Notes under the pieces: model-generated
Databases searched by the model: none
Told to the model about the DNA's origin: nothing
Seen by the model: only the letters and a program-made list of their open reading frames with translations
Shown: piece by piece, positions 22,465 through 33,777 of the stretch
Layout of the letters: every line of letters starts with the position of its first letter
Numbering within the stretch: the stretch's first letter is position 1
NCBI GenBank assembly: GCA_963796965.1
Contig: CAWCNS010000011.1
Location: 224,001 to 288,000 of the forward strand
Direction: 5' to 3'
Source: Calditrichia bacterium
Lineage (GTDB): Bacteria > Calditrichota > Calditrichia > JAJRVZ01
Length of the DNA: 64,000 nt
Made by a program: the position numbers and the translations under genes

Positions 22465-22664
22465 TACGGGCGATTTTGGGCCAAGCACCGAAAGTTTTAT
22501 CCACCCAAAGCAGTTGTAAGGATGATAGTGATTCTTTCGCAGACCTCATTCCCTTAAATCAAGAATGCTCCTGCAATGAATTCCAATCACCCGGAGTCGG
22601 GAGTCGCGTTTCTGTATTCAATAGATCAGAACCAGGCGATGCTTACTTATAGATTATAAAGACC

Positions 22665-23463
22665 ATGAAACTAAGAACAATATTTCTATTCATTTCCATC
22701 ATTCTGCAAAGCATTTCTGCGGGAAAAATTTTAGCTCAGCCAGATAATTATGATCTATTACAGGTCAAATATTTATATGATGATCTGCGATTTGAAGAGG
22801 CCATAGAAGCCGGTCAGGAAATTTTAAACAGGGGAAATCTTCTTGAAGAAAAAGAACAACTGGCCTTTCTCCATCAATATTTAGCTTTTTCATTTTATCA
22901 AATAGGTCAATCCGATTCATCACGCAGCCATTTTATATCACTCATCATCATTGAGCCAAAAAAGGAATTAGATCCCTTACATACCTCACCCAAAATAATT
23001 GATTTTTTTTAATCAGATAAAATCTGATTTTGAATCAGTAAACAGTGAAGATATATACATCCCATATACCAGGTATATATTTATAGAAGATAAGCGACCA
23101 TCGGCTGCCTGGCGGTCAGCGATTTTACCAGGATGGGGACAGTATTATAAAGGGCAGCATACCCGTGCCTATATTTTCGGAAGTGCATTTTTAGCCAGTA
23201 CCCTATTTCTAGGCGTTGCCATAATTAATGAGAACAACTATAAAGATTCCTATTTAAGCAGTTCAGATCCCGATGAGATATCTGGTTATTATGATAAATA
23301 TAATAATTGGTCAAAAGTTAGAAAAATTTCAACTGTTACGACCATTGGTATCTGGGTTTTGTCCTTTGCTGATGCCTTGTGGTCCGATTATCCAAAAATA
23401 GAATTTAACTTATCGCGGAGCGGATACAATTCCGCCACTCTATCCTATTCCTTTGCTTTTTAG
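22665..23463 (+). CDS. TPR-like N-terminus plus DUF5683-like domain (frameshift in T-run near 23005)
   Basis: Signal peptide, helical YLAFSFYQIG segment, AWRSAILPGWGQYY motif, C-terminal YSFAF. Confidence 0.65.
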
Positions 23464-23843
23464 AGAGAACCATCCTACTTTTCACTTCCATCTGTAAATT
23501 AGTTTCATATTATAAATTTCTTCCATTACAGGAGCAGCATCAATCCAAATTCAAAATGTGGGCCAAAGGCAAACTTAAAATCTCTCACTGGCTTTCATTT
23601 GTGCCCGGAAATATTATTCTGTATTCTCTTAGATTTATCTGTCAAACAGTTTCACAACATGATTCGTAACGATCAGAGAGCAGGATAAATTTAATCCGCC
23701 TATCGATGTGATCCTAGACATCCTGGTGCTTTAAACCTGACAGTCTTCGAAAAGAATTTTTGACAAATTCACTCGTACATTCTCTGAAACTGGGATTTAA
23801 TAATGGGATGGTAGATGAAGCAGTATATGAATACATATTTCAA

Positions 23844-23915
23844 AAAATTGACAGGAAAACAGGATCTGTACATGCCCTGCCAGGTATCTCAATTCCCGTT
23901 TATCCTGTCAATTTT
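23844..23915. repeat. GACAGGA-type inverted repeat between convergent genes
   Basis: aaaattgacaggaaaacaggat ... attcccgtttatcctgtcaatttt. Confidence 0.6.
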
Positions 23916-23986
23916 ATAATAATTCAGATTTCAATTCCATCAATTACTACGAGTTGGAATCAATCTTTATTCATGAACATTTTATA

Positions 23987-24990
23987 CTATCGAATTAACA
24001 TCATTCGTTTTGTTTGCTTAAAGTCACTGGCCGCGATCTGGTAAAAATAAACCCCCGTACTCATAGCGAGTCCGGTATCATTCTTACCATCCCAATCAAC
24101 CTCATATACCCCGGCACTCATTCTGCTATCGACAAGGGTACGTACCCGCTGGCCAAGATTGTTATAAATTGTTAAAGAGACATTGTCTGTTGCGGGGATA
24201 CTAAATTTTAATTTTGTGGATGGATTAAATGGATTAGGATAATTTTGATTTAATTCATATGATGTCGGCAAACCCACTGATAAATAGTCGGTAATAGCGG
24301 TTGGAGAGCGAATATCAGTAAAATTAGTATTGTGTGTAAATCCCAGGATATAATTTCCAGTTGTATTTGTAAATACTTCCCTCCAGGCATGATCTGTCGG
24401 TGGCGCATCATAGGACTTATTTCCATTATGATCTGCATAAAAATCAACCTGATAGCTTTTACCCGTATCAATGCCAAATATAGCCTATAGAAAAATCTGC
24501 AGCAAATAATTCGTCAATGCGCACCATCTCTTTTTCACTGTCATCACCCTGTTCAAAAAGTTTCAGCTCAAAAAGACTGACCATCATGCGGGTCCATTCC
24601 TTCAAACTGAACAGTCAAGACATCGTCATGAGAACTACCTGTATCCCCCGGATTGCGTACCCGGTCCAGAATTCCCGGTGCAGAACTTCCAGATGTCCAT
24701 AAAGCATTGGCATCCTGCAACTCTACGCCATTGGGAATACCATCCCCATCAGAATCCAATCTTGCCAGAGCATAACGCCATATTACATCCCCATTACTAT
24801 CAAGATTTGCCCCAACGGCTTTTCCGAAATCATTTCGAGCCCCGCCTCCGGCGGGATTGGTATGGCAGGTAGCACATTTATTGACATCACCATTGGGTAT
24901 TTGCGCCACCCTCTTAAACCTTGCCCATGTAATATCAGAGCCAAACAAAAGCATAACAATAAGTGAAAATAAAGTAAATGATTTAAACAT
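23987..24990 (-). CDS. Secreted CxxCH protein with DSDGDG motif, His-containing middle domain and C-terminal sorting domain (several frameshifts)
   Basis: IPNG..CATCH..GGGARNDFG, LDSDGDGIPNGVEL; alternate frame DFYADHNGN..DAPPTDHAWR..FTHNTNFTDI; NYPNPFNP tail. Confidence 0.75.
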
Positions 24991-25014
24991 AGTTCCCCCT
25001 TTAGATTGTTTTAG

Positions 25015-25199
25015 TTAATTATTCTTTGTTGATAACTTCAATGGTACATAAATCGGACACCAACTTATCATTGACGTTAATAATGGAATAAACCCAACCC
25101 CACCCCACCAGTTTTGATAATAGATTCCAACAGCGAGTATAATGATTCCGACAATCGATCTGAGAATTCGATCGACCTTGCCCATATTCTTTTTTTCAT
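25015..25199 (-). CDS. DUF2892 (YgaP-like) small membrane protein
   Basis: AGGAGG RBS; NMGKVDRILR...WCPIY; start displaced by a homopolymer indel. Confidence 0.85.
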
Positions 25200-25252
25200 A
25201 AAATCCTCCTTTAATTAAATATATAATAATACAAAGCCCTATCCTCGTCTTA

Positions 25253-25269
25253 TACAACTCCTGTGCCGA
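25253..25269 (-). promoter_or_regulatory. Putative sigma54 promoter for DUF2892 and the CxxCH gene
   Basis: TCGGCACAGGAGTTGTA (GG-N10-GT). Confidence 0.5.
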
Positions 25270-25353
25270 AGAATGTTCTCTGTCGTAAGATATTGTTTAT
25301 ATTTTAATTATGAGTGTTTTCTTTTTTGTCTGAAATAAAAATACTTAGAATGA

Positions 25354-25389
25354 GTGCATGGCGTGCACGCCTCAGTGCAGTGAATGCTC
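25354..25389. promoter_or_regulatory. Tandem putative enhancer sites
   Basis: GTGCA-tggcg-TGCAC and GTGCA-gtgaa-TGCTC, 21-bp period, ~85-120 bp upstream of the promoter. Confidence 0.55.
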
Positions 25390-25497
25390 AGCAGAATATC
25401 GGTAAACATAAAGGATTAAAACCTGATAAATATATGTTAACATATTGACTAACAAGGATAGATCATTATATTCATTTAAAAAACCAGGAAGAAGATC

Positions 25498-26319
25498 ATG
25501 ACGGACCTTCCAGATTTAATTCAGACTATTCCCTTACAGAAGATCAAATAGAGGACTATCAGCGCAATGGTGTAATCTTACTCCGCCAGGTATGCACTGA
25601 GAAGAAGATAAAGTTACCGTCAAAATATTTCCTCAATGGTTCAGGAATATTCGAAGAAACAAAGAAAATTATCAGAACGTGATACTTACGGTAAGGCTTT
25701 TCTGCAAATCGGAAATCTTTGGCAATTTGATGAAGTTATAAAAAAATTTATTTTTGCAGAACGGTTTGCAAAAATTGCCGCGCAACTTTCACAATCTTCT
25801 GCTATTCGTTTTTATCATGATCAGGCTTTATATAAAGAGAGTAGCGGTGGCTATACACCCTGGCATCAGGATCAGTATTACTGGCCATTAAATACAAACC
25901 AGTCTATTACCATGTGGATGCCCCTGGTTGCGGCATCTGAAGATATGGGAACGATGAGTTTCGCCGCCGGCTCACATAAAAAGGGCTATATTAAGGAGAT
26001 GGAAATATCTGATCAGTCTGAGCAATTTTACAATAAATATGTTTATGACAGCGGATTTGAAATATTTTATTCCGGAGATCTACAGGCCGGGGATGCCACT
26101 TTTCACAACGGTTGGACACTGCATAAGGCCGGACCAAATTTAACCAATAATCTTCGTGAAGTTATGACCATGATCTATTTCCCGGATGGCACGACATTAA
26201 TGAAACCAGATCATCAGAATCGCCAGAATGACTTTGATAATTTTTTTCCGGGGATGAAGGCGGGTGAAATGGCCGCAAACGAGTTAACACCGGTTCTTTA
26301 TCCGCAAAAACCGGAATAA
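25498..26319 (+). CDS. Phytanoyl-CoA dioxygenase (PhyH) family Fe/2OG enzyme; 5' frameshifts
   Basis: TPWHQD and FHNGWTLHKAGPN motifs; upstream LTEDQIEDYQRNG segment. Confidence 0.88.
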
Positions 26320-26387
26320 GTATTTACCCCCTTCTCTGAAATAACGTATAGATAAACGGACGTAGATTTCCAGAGGGTTGGATATAG

Positions 26388-26492
26388 TCATAGTCCTGAG
26401 AATTTGGGGATGTCTTCATACCAACCCAGATTCTGTCTGAAATTTGACGCGTAAATATTATCCCAATGATCTTCTTCAGATGCTTTCAGCAT
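26388..26492 (-). pseudogene. Possible N-terminal remnant of a class I SAM methyltransferase
   Basis: MLKASEEDHWDNIY...LGWYEDIP resembles the HWxxIY..WY..P start of such enzymes; stops after 34 aa. Confidence 0.35.
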
Positions 26493-26821
26493 ATTATATG
26501 ACTCGCAATAAATTGATTATTAATCTGTTTGTAAAACAGGGCGTGAAGATCTCTATCAACTGCATGCAGAGCCAGAAAAGGCTTTCTGCACTAACAGAGA
26601 GTTTTTTTAGTTTAATTATATAATCTATAAATACTTCACATGGAGGTGTAAAGTCACAGTGTTTGTAAGAATACGAAAAAAAAACAATTTAAAGCTAAGT
26701 ATACGATCATGTTTAATCTTATATTTTAAAATCTAATTCTTTGTCATTTTTCTTTTTTCTTTTGTCTTATATTTTTATGCGTCTCTGCGTCTTTGCGAGA
26801 TAAATTCTTCTAAACGTCTAC

Positions 26822-27999
26822 CTAAAAGGCCTCTTCCATGCCAAAATATATACCCGATGTCCCCTTGCCAAAACCAATATCCACACGGAGATTGATTTTC
26901 TTTTCTTCGTTAAATAAAAATCGTAAGCCAGCACCATAAGTCGGCTTCATCCGTGTGATATCAAAACTGGTTATATCGGAGGCTACATCACCAAAACCGG
27001 CAAACACAACAAATCCCATCCGCCACCAGAAATACTGCCGGTATTCTAATTGAGTAGACAGGTAGTTTTTGTCCCGGTAGCGCCCCATAAAGTAGCCCCG
27101 CATTACTTGCTTTCCGCCAAGTGTAGGATATTTAAAGAAAGGTGCCTCTCCCCCAATATTCTGAAAAAATAGTTGCATGGCTAATACATGATCTTCAGAA
27201 AACGACCAATAACGCCTGGCATTCACCTCTAGCCAGGAAAAAGTGTAATCGCTGCCCAGGTCATTACTATAAACAATAAATTTTACTGTTGTGTATCCAC
27301 CCCGATTGGGAAAAAAAAGATTATCCCGTTTATCCCAGATATAGCTCACCCCAATACCGGAAATAATTCCCCCTTCCTTTCCCGTGATGGGTTTTTCAGA
27401 GTTTAAGTAGGGATTTTCTTTGGTGTCTGTAACATGATAATCACGATATTCGTAAATAAATCCGGTACGTGTTGCAATGAAATTAGCGGAGGCACCTGAA
27501 AGTCCAGCAACCCACCTGCATTTGTAATGACATATTCCGCATTATCTATCTCCGGCGTATCATTCCCTATACCATAATAACGGTCGACAATATTAGAAAA
27601 GTTTATTTTAAAAAAGAGGGCTCTTTTATTTCTCGCAAAAAACATTTCTGACTCAAATTCAATTTGATAAGATTTAATAGTAGAATAAAAACCATACAGC
27701 AATACTTTGGAAGGATTTAATAACCTCTCACGCGCCATATAAAAAGTAACGATCCCCCCTGCCCCAAAGGCAAACTGTGTTTCAGGCGTATAATAAGCAA
27801 AGGGATAACCATTGAGAGTGGGTTTAAAAAAATTAGTCGTATCGTTTTTACTTTTCGTTGATAGTGAGGGATATCCATCAAACACAGGATTTAGAATACC
27901 CGTTGTATCAGACTTGGTTTGTGCGTAGATAGGTGTAAGCACAATCATACTTAGCAAAGCAATTAAAATTGGTTCTTTAATCATGATTATTTTTTTCAT
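26822..27999 (-). CDS. Omp85/BamA-TamA-like beta-barrel (frameshift near 27410-27470)
   Basis: YTPETQFAFG, WDKRDN..FP..G, LGG..MRGY..GRYRD, GAGLRF, C-terminal EAF. Confidence 0.85.
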
Positions 28000-28007
28000 A
28001 TATGGGA

Positions 28008-28364
28008 TCATAAGTGTACAGTTAAGGTTTTGATATGTATTAATAAACACCGGAATAGCATTTTAACCACAGAGTTGCCCCCGTGAATAGGGGCAGGCCG
28101 GAGTTTCACGGAGTTTCTATAAAATCTAAAAACATTCTTTAACAATACTGTCCATTTCTCAGCTCGATGATCCTGATCCGTACTTTTTTGACCATCCGCG
28201 ATTGTATAAACAAGGTAGAAGCCTGTTTTGACCGCTGGCAACTTATCCTGTAGTTTTGGATGTTGGAGGAGGACATTATGTGTAGCACAGGCTGAGAGGA
28301 ACAGTATGACACATAGAATCGAGAATATGTGCGACTTTGAATAACTTTGATTTTTCATTGTCAT
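28008..28364 (-). CDS. Short or truncated lipoprotein whose 3' end runs into a repeat
   Basis: Lipobox LSAC; 3' part overlaps the repeat at 28067-28118. Confidence 0.3.
   Translation of the reverse strand: MTMKNQSYSKSHIFSILCVILFLSACATHNVLLQHPKLQDKLPAVKTGFYLVYTIADGQKSTDQDHRAEKWTVLLKNVFRFYRNSVKLRPAPIHGGNSVVKMLFRCLLIHIKTLTVHL
28067..28118 (+). repeat. CACRGAG repeat arm with inserted hairpin-CAGGC module
   Basis: ccacagagttgc[ccccgtgaataggggcaggc]cggagtttcacggagtttc. Confidence 0.65.
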
Positions 28365-28382
28365 AATATTTTAACCATTTAA

Positions 28383-28645
28383 GATCCTGAAATGAATTCA
28401 GGATGACTATACCCAGTCATTCCGAACTTATTTCGGAATCCCTTTTCATATTTAGATCCTGAAATCCCGAATCCCTGAATCCCTGAAACAAGTTCAGGGC
28501 AGGCAAGTTCAGGGCAGGCAAGTTCAGGATAACCATACACTGTGAGTCATTCCGAATTTGTTTCGGAATCTTTTTCTACTAGGATAGATCCTGAAATGAA
28601 TTCAGGATGACGACACTATAGTCATTCCGAATTTATTTCGGAATC
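28383..28645. repeat. Array of alternating inverted GTCAT-tagged 25-bp palindromes (six units)
   Basis: A units gatcctgaaatgaattcaggatgac at 28383, 28455 (expanded) and 28587; B units gtcattccgaaYttRtttcggaatc at 28416, 28546 and 28621. Confidence 0.92.
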
Positions 28646-28677
28646 TACTTAAGTTTATATCATGAGTTCAAAACACT

Positions 28678-28965
28678 TCAATACAAGTCAGGTTTTAAAT
28701 CCCTCATTTCAGGATTCGTACGCTTAATGAGGTTAATTTTCCATTCTCGGTGCCAGTTTTTCAACTGTTTCTCTCGTAATATTGCCTGTTTTATATCAAG
28801 AAAATATTCAAAATACACCAGATCTTCCAATTTGTATCTATGTACAAACTGGGATCCAATCTCATTATGGTGCTCGGCTATTCTCCGCACTAAATCATTC
28901 GTAACGCCTATATAAAAAGTGGTGCGATTCTTATTGGACATAATGTAAATGTAAGCGTTTTTCAT
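28678..28965 (-). CDS. GIY-YIG nuclease (small stand-alone type)
   Basis: YIYIM..FYIGVTNDLVRRIAEH, LVYFE, AILREKQLKNWHREWK..NP. Confidence 0.95.
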   Translation of the reverse strand: MKNAYIYIMSNKNRTTFYIGVTNDLVRRIAEHHNEIGSQFVHRYKLEDLVYFEYFLDIKQAILREKQLKNWHREWKINLIKRTNPEMRDLKPDLY

Positions 28966-29040
28966 AGATAAGAGATTTTACAACTAAATAATATGACGAT
29001 TTTATCTATGATTAATATAGCAAATATTATACCATACAGA

Positions 29041-29142
29041 GATCCTGAAATGAATTCAGGATGACGACACTCAAGTCATTCCGAACTTGTTTCGGAATCT
29101 TTTTTTTACTGGCATGAGATCCTGAAATGAATTCAGGATGAC
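29041..29142. repeat. Second block of the palindrome array (A-B-A)
   Basis: A at 29041 and 29118, B at 29075. Confidence 0.92.
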
Positions 29143-29165
29143 AGAGATTCCAAATTCCCAATCTC

Positions 29166-30690
29166 TTACCACACACCAGCCCCTATCTCAAATACATAGG
29201 TCAGTTCATCAATCTTCATAAAACCCCGGTTTTTGATTCCAAACCGTACTCCCCATAAATCAGCAAAACAGAGAGAAATTTTAGCGGCGAGTATTTAACG
29301 TTTCCCCGTAATTTTACCCCGGTCTCAAACACAAAATCCGTGCGCTCTTCTACTGTAGTCACGCCATCCACTTCAAGATCATATTTATCGCGTTCCACAC
29401 CCAATGAGAAGTAAGGATCGAGGAATCGTGAAGCAGAAGGCGTATACAATAAATTCCATCCCACATCCCGCCAATCTTTATCCTGGAGATAAATTCTGTT
29501 TACCAACCATCCCCCAATCAGAGGCGCCTCAACATTTTTGACAATCAATAGCGGAAAACTAAAACTGATACCCCACTGGGAATTATCCAGACGTGCAGCA
29601 ATGGCTAATGAATTGATAAAATTTTCCGCCTCCCACCAATTAAAAAATTTCTGAGTGGTTGAAGAAATCTCTTTTATAACTGGCCAGTCTGGATACCATA
29701 GCCGCTCATATCCTTGGCCAAAACTTTATCAGGAAGTGCTTGATCTGCTGCTGGCATGGGCCGCAGTTCATAAATCGCATTATTTGGGGAATACACCCCA
29801 TCTTCCTCATACTTTTTCCGGTGCGGACTATTAGCCGGTAGAGGTGGCATAACTTTATATTCGGAGCCTTCGCACTTTTGCCATCCAGGCCTCAAACTGA
29901 GCAGAAAACAATTCACCCGTCCGAATCACATCACGTAATCCCCAGGCATCATTGGTGCGGACATTGACATCGTAACCAGGCGTGTAATACCCATCCCCAT
30001 TCATATCAGTAATACTGGCATGTTTGCCTTCTTCAACCAGAATATGAAAAGGTAGTTCTAACTCAATATTTAAATTATCCGTGTTAACTTTGTAGATATT
30101 ATCATACCAGGATAAAGCATGTGCTTTCGCAGTGGCCTGAAGCAGATATAATTGGTAATGATACAATATCCAGACTATCCGTATAGGTATGTACATATAC
30201 TTTGAATTGGGCTTGTTCCGTGTCATGATTATGCTTACCTAATCCAACTTCAAATTTGTAATAATGATTATAGTCGATATCAAGTCCAACAACCCTTCGT
30301 AAATCTAAAATAGATTTATTGATATCATTTGGATTATGTTTAAAAGCCTTCGCTCGAATCTGCATTCACCAGAATCTCTCGAACCTGATAGTAAACAACC
30401 GGTGAATCAACCTGGTTGTTCAAAGGGAAATGAGGTAGGAATCTGGATATCTTTACCCTCTTTATTCCCTAATTCAGGTTCGTCTAGACGAAAACCAAAA
30501 AATCGGCGCACAATACGCTGCCAGTTCATCCATATACATAAATGGTTTGGTCCCCTCCCAGAAAACAATAAATTTCATCTCCTGTTCATTTGCTTTGTTA
30601 TCCGCATTCTCGGCATTATAGGATTGCTTCATCAGCAAATAATATTAGGATCGTATAAACTATCCAGAATCCATTACCATGATTCATCAA
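29166..30690 (-). CDS. Hypothetical protein, heavily frameshifted; probably exported, start uncertain
   Basis: Consecutive minus-strand fragments (HNHDTE, EEGKHAS..DMNGDGYYTPGYDVN..NDAWG, YTPSASRFLDPY) ending FEIGAGVW-stop at 29166. Confidence 0.5.
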
Positions 30691-30984
30691 AAACCATTCA
30701 TCCATTGATTGATCAGCGCTCTAAGTACACATTTGAATTTGTCCTTTACCGTAAAAGGTATTAATTGAATTACGATACAAACAATAACAAATATCTGGAT
30801 ATAAGCATAACATGAGATCTCAATATATTTTAATTCTATAAAAATCATAAAGATATATTGAAAAATGGAAAGAGAGGTAACATTCACCTTTTAAATTGAG
30901 GATCTACCTGTACCCCACCTGCTGAATCCGCACTTTTAAATTCTCCCTGATTGACCTTAGGCCAATTGTTTATTTTTGTCTCGA

Positions 30985-33462
30985 TTAATTGGTCTTTGGT
31001 GGTTTTTTAGTTTTTTACTGGATGGGGACTTTGTTATGGAATTAATGATGGGATCGTCGGCCATCATACCCACAAATCTCTTTGTGGACGGGGTGTCTGT
31101 ATTCCCTTTGCTGTAATGGCATCATGCACTCCCAAGGCGATTTCTGTTTTCGCTTTAAAAAACGCACTCGTAGGAATCCAGTAATAGAGAGAAAAGTCAA
31201 GAAAATTATCACCAAAACCATTAAACACAGCGAAGGGCTCCGGTGAATTAAGTACATCTTCATGTTCTGTGCCACTTTTTCCAATATCTTCAGCACCTCA
31301 TGAGGATTATTACCAAATGCCACTTTAACAGGCAGCAGCATCCTTCTCTGCATGTCCAATAAGGTCCAGTTGGTTACTTTATTGGAGATGAGGTCCGAAT
31401 TAGGAATAATAGCATCAGAGCCATCAAATGTTCGAACTGTACTGGCATTGACCCCGATTTCTTTTACATTACCCAACACATCCTGATATTGAACGGTATC
31501 GCCTACTCTGATTGCCCTCCCAAAAGCGATGATTAGACTGGAGATAAAATTTGCAACAATTTTTTGTAATCCAAAACCAAGACCAACACCAAGGGCTCCC
31601 GCCAGGATTCCAAATTTTCCCAAATCAATTCCAAGTGAGGATAATGCCAAGAAATATTCCCAGGCAACCAAGGTATACCGAACCATCATATTGATACGCT
31701 GAAGGAAGCCCTTTTGGCAATTTCATTCGTGGGAATATTTCCATATCCATAAAGAATGCGAATCACCTTAACAAGGATGAAGGTAATGATAAGAACGAGA
31801 ATAAAATCAACAATAGCATCAATGGAAATAACAACAGTACCAACCGTCCAGGTTATTTCACGTAGTTCTGCGAACCAGGATTTAAGTGGAACCAGGAGCC
31901 CAAAGACATTCAGAGTGGCCCGGATCCAGATATATCCTCCGATTATGGTGATTGTATATCTGGCCCAACGCTCCAGGTTAAAGGCATAGGTTTTAACAAA
32001 TTGCATAGCTTCTTGCCCGGCGACGGCGAATTAATACCGTGACTAATCCCAAAGAAACGGTAACTGTAATATAAATGGTAACAAGAAGATGCGTACTTTC
32101 AATGACTCCCCAGGTCAGCGTTTTGGCAAGTGAAACGCTTCCATAAAGATTCGCCAAAAAGGATATAATCAAAAAGACTATAACCACGTACGCACTTCTA
32201 AATAATAGTTTTTTGGCACCAATAAGTTTCCTATTATGTATCGGACTCCGCGGGCGCATCAGCCATAAAAGAACAATCAGGATTGTAAGCGTCGCAAACA
32301 AAAGTATCATACGCTGCATTAAGACAAATCCAAGGGCATTTTTCTGAAGAATATCAAGGACAAATACACCGGCCATAATATAAAACGGTCGAAGCAGTTC
32401 TCCGGGAAGCATTCCCCTGACTAATCTAAGCACGGGAAGAAGAAGCAATAATAACAGAAACTCCCCCACAGCGGCCGGAAAATCAGGATAAATCCATACG
32501 GATAGGAATAAGGCTATCAAGAGAGAGGCTGAAAATGGACGGGAGATAAAATAGGCCGAATCTTTTAGTGAGGAATCCTCTTCATCAAATAGTTGTTTCT
32601 TTTTATTCAAATGGCTTATATATAGCATCAGCACTAGTAGGATGACAAATAATACAACGTGGATATAAAAACGATCAGTATTAGCCTGAATAAAAGCATA
32701 ATTAGAGCGAACTAATTGTTCCCAGCTCTCCTGAAACTGCTCTGCAAGGTGGAGCGTATCTTGATGTGTTTGTATGAATTCCAATAAAGGTGGGCTATCA
32801 CGGACAAAGATCTGCCCGCGAAGATTGTCTTCAGATTCCGCTATCTTCTTTACAATCTCGATGATTTCATTCTGGCTCTTTGATATAGTGTTTTGAAATA
32901 TCAATAGCTCATTCAACCTTTTATTTACCTTCTTCTCCCCTTCCACGATTTCCTTTAGGATCGTTGACACTCTTTTTTGTATCGCCTGGGGTGCCTTTTC
33001 TTTCTGTGCCTCTTCACCGGTTAACTGCCAGACCACTTTTATTTCTTTTATGGTTAATAGTTTTTTTTCAACACTCTGGGATTCTGTTAAAAGCCGTTCC
33101 TTCCACTCATCTATTCTGCTTTGATAGAGTTTCCACTCCTGATGGAGAGCATTTAAGACACGGAGTTCCAGGTTAGTAATGTCTGAAAGTATTTTGTTTG
33201 ACTGCAGTTTTTTTAGAGAGTCCAGCACCTGTGGAATATTCTCCTCAAATTCAGCAAAAACCTCAGATGATTCTAAATCCTGAAGAATCTTTTGCAAACC
33301 TTGCTGAACCACATCCGCTTTTTCGGTGATTAGGGTTACTGGAATAGCTACAGGCTGGGCTTCAACCTGCTCTGAAGGCACTTTTTGATCCTGAACCGCC
33401 TGTCCAAAAGATGTGGCAGAAAAGACGACGAAAATTAAAAGTAAGGGAAGAAATTTGTACAT
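30985..33462 (-). CDS. Large MscS/MscK-type mechanosensitive channel (several frameshifts; 3' end approximate)
   Basis: Coiled N-terminal region, many hydrophobic helices, GALGVGLGFGLQKIVANFIS, IRVGD, IIPNS..VTNW. Confidence 0.85.
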
Positions 33463-33777
33463 AATGGAATCCTGTTAATTTTCTACTATCATACTTAAAA
33501 GAGATTCGATTTATTCTGGTGAGGTATGTAATCTCGATGGGAACCCTTGAAATTACGCCGTATGAGCAAAAAACGCAATATTTCTCAAAAAATCTGAATG
33601 ACATTAGCAATTTTATTTCCTTTTATCGCTTCACGCCCCACGCTCTACTCTCTACGGATGGTCCCCTCGCCTTAGTTTGAACATTGATTATTCTCTGTTG
33701 GATATTGGATATTTCTTCCACGAATTCACGAATTCCACTGATTTAAATATCTTTATTCTTATGGCAGACACACCCCG

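Noticed and set aside
22465..22664. Structured RNA between the Kelch and TPR genes
   Set aside because: Slightly GC-richer, but no convincing stems or known motif.
28383..29142. CRISPR array
   Set aside because: Units alternate in orientation, spacers are only 8-18 bp and partly similar to each other, and no cas genes are present.
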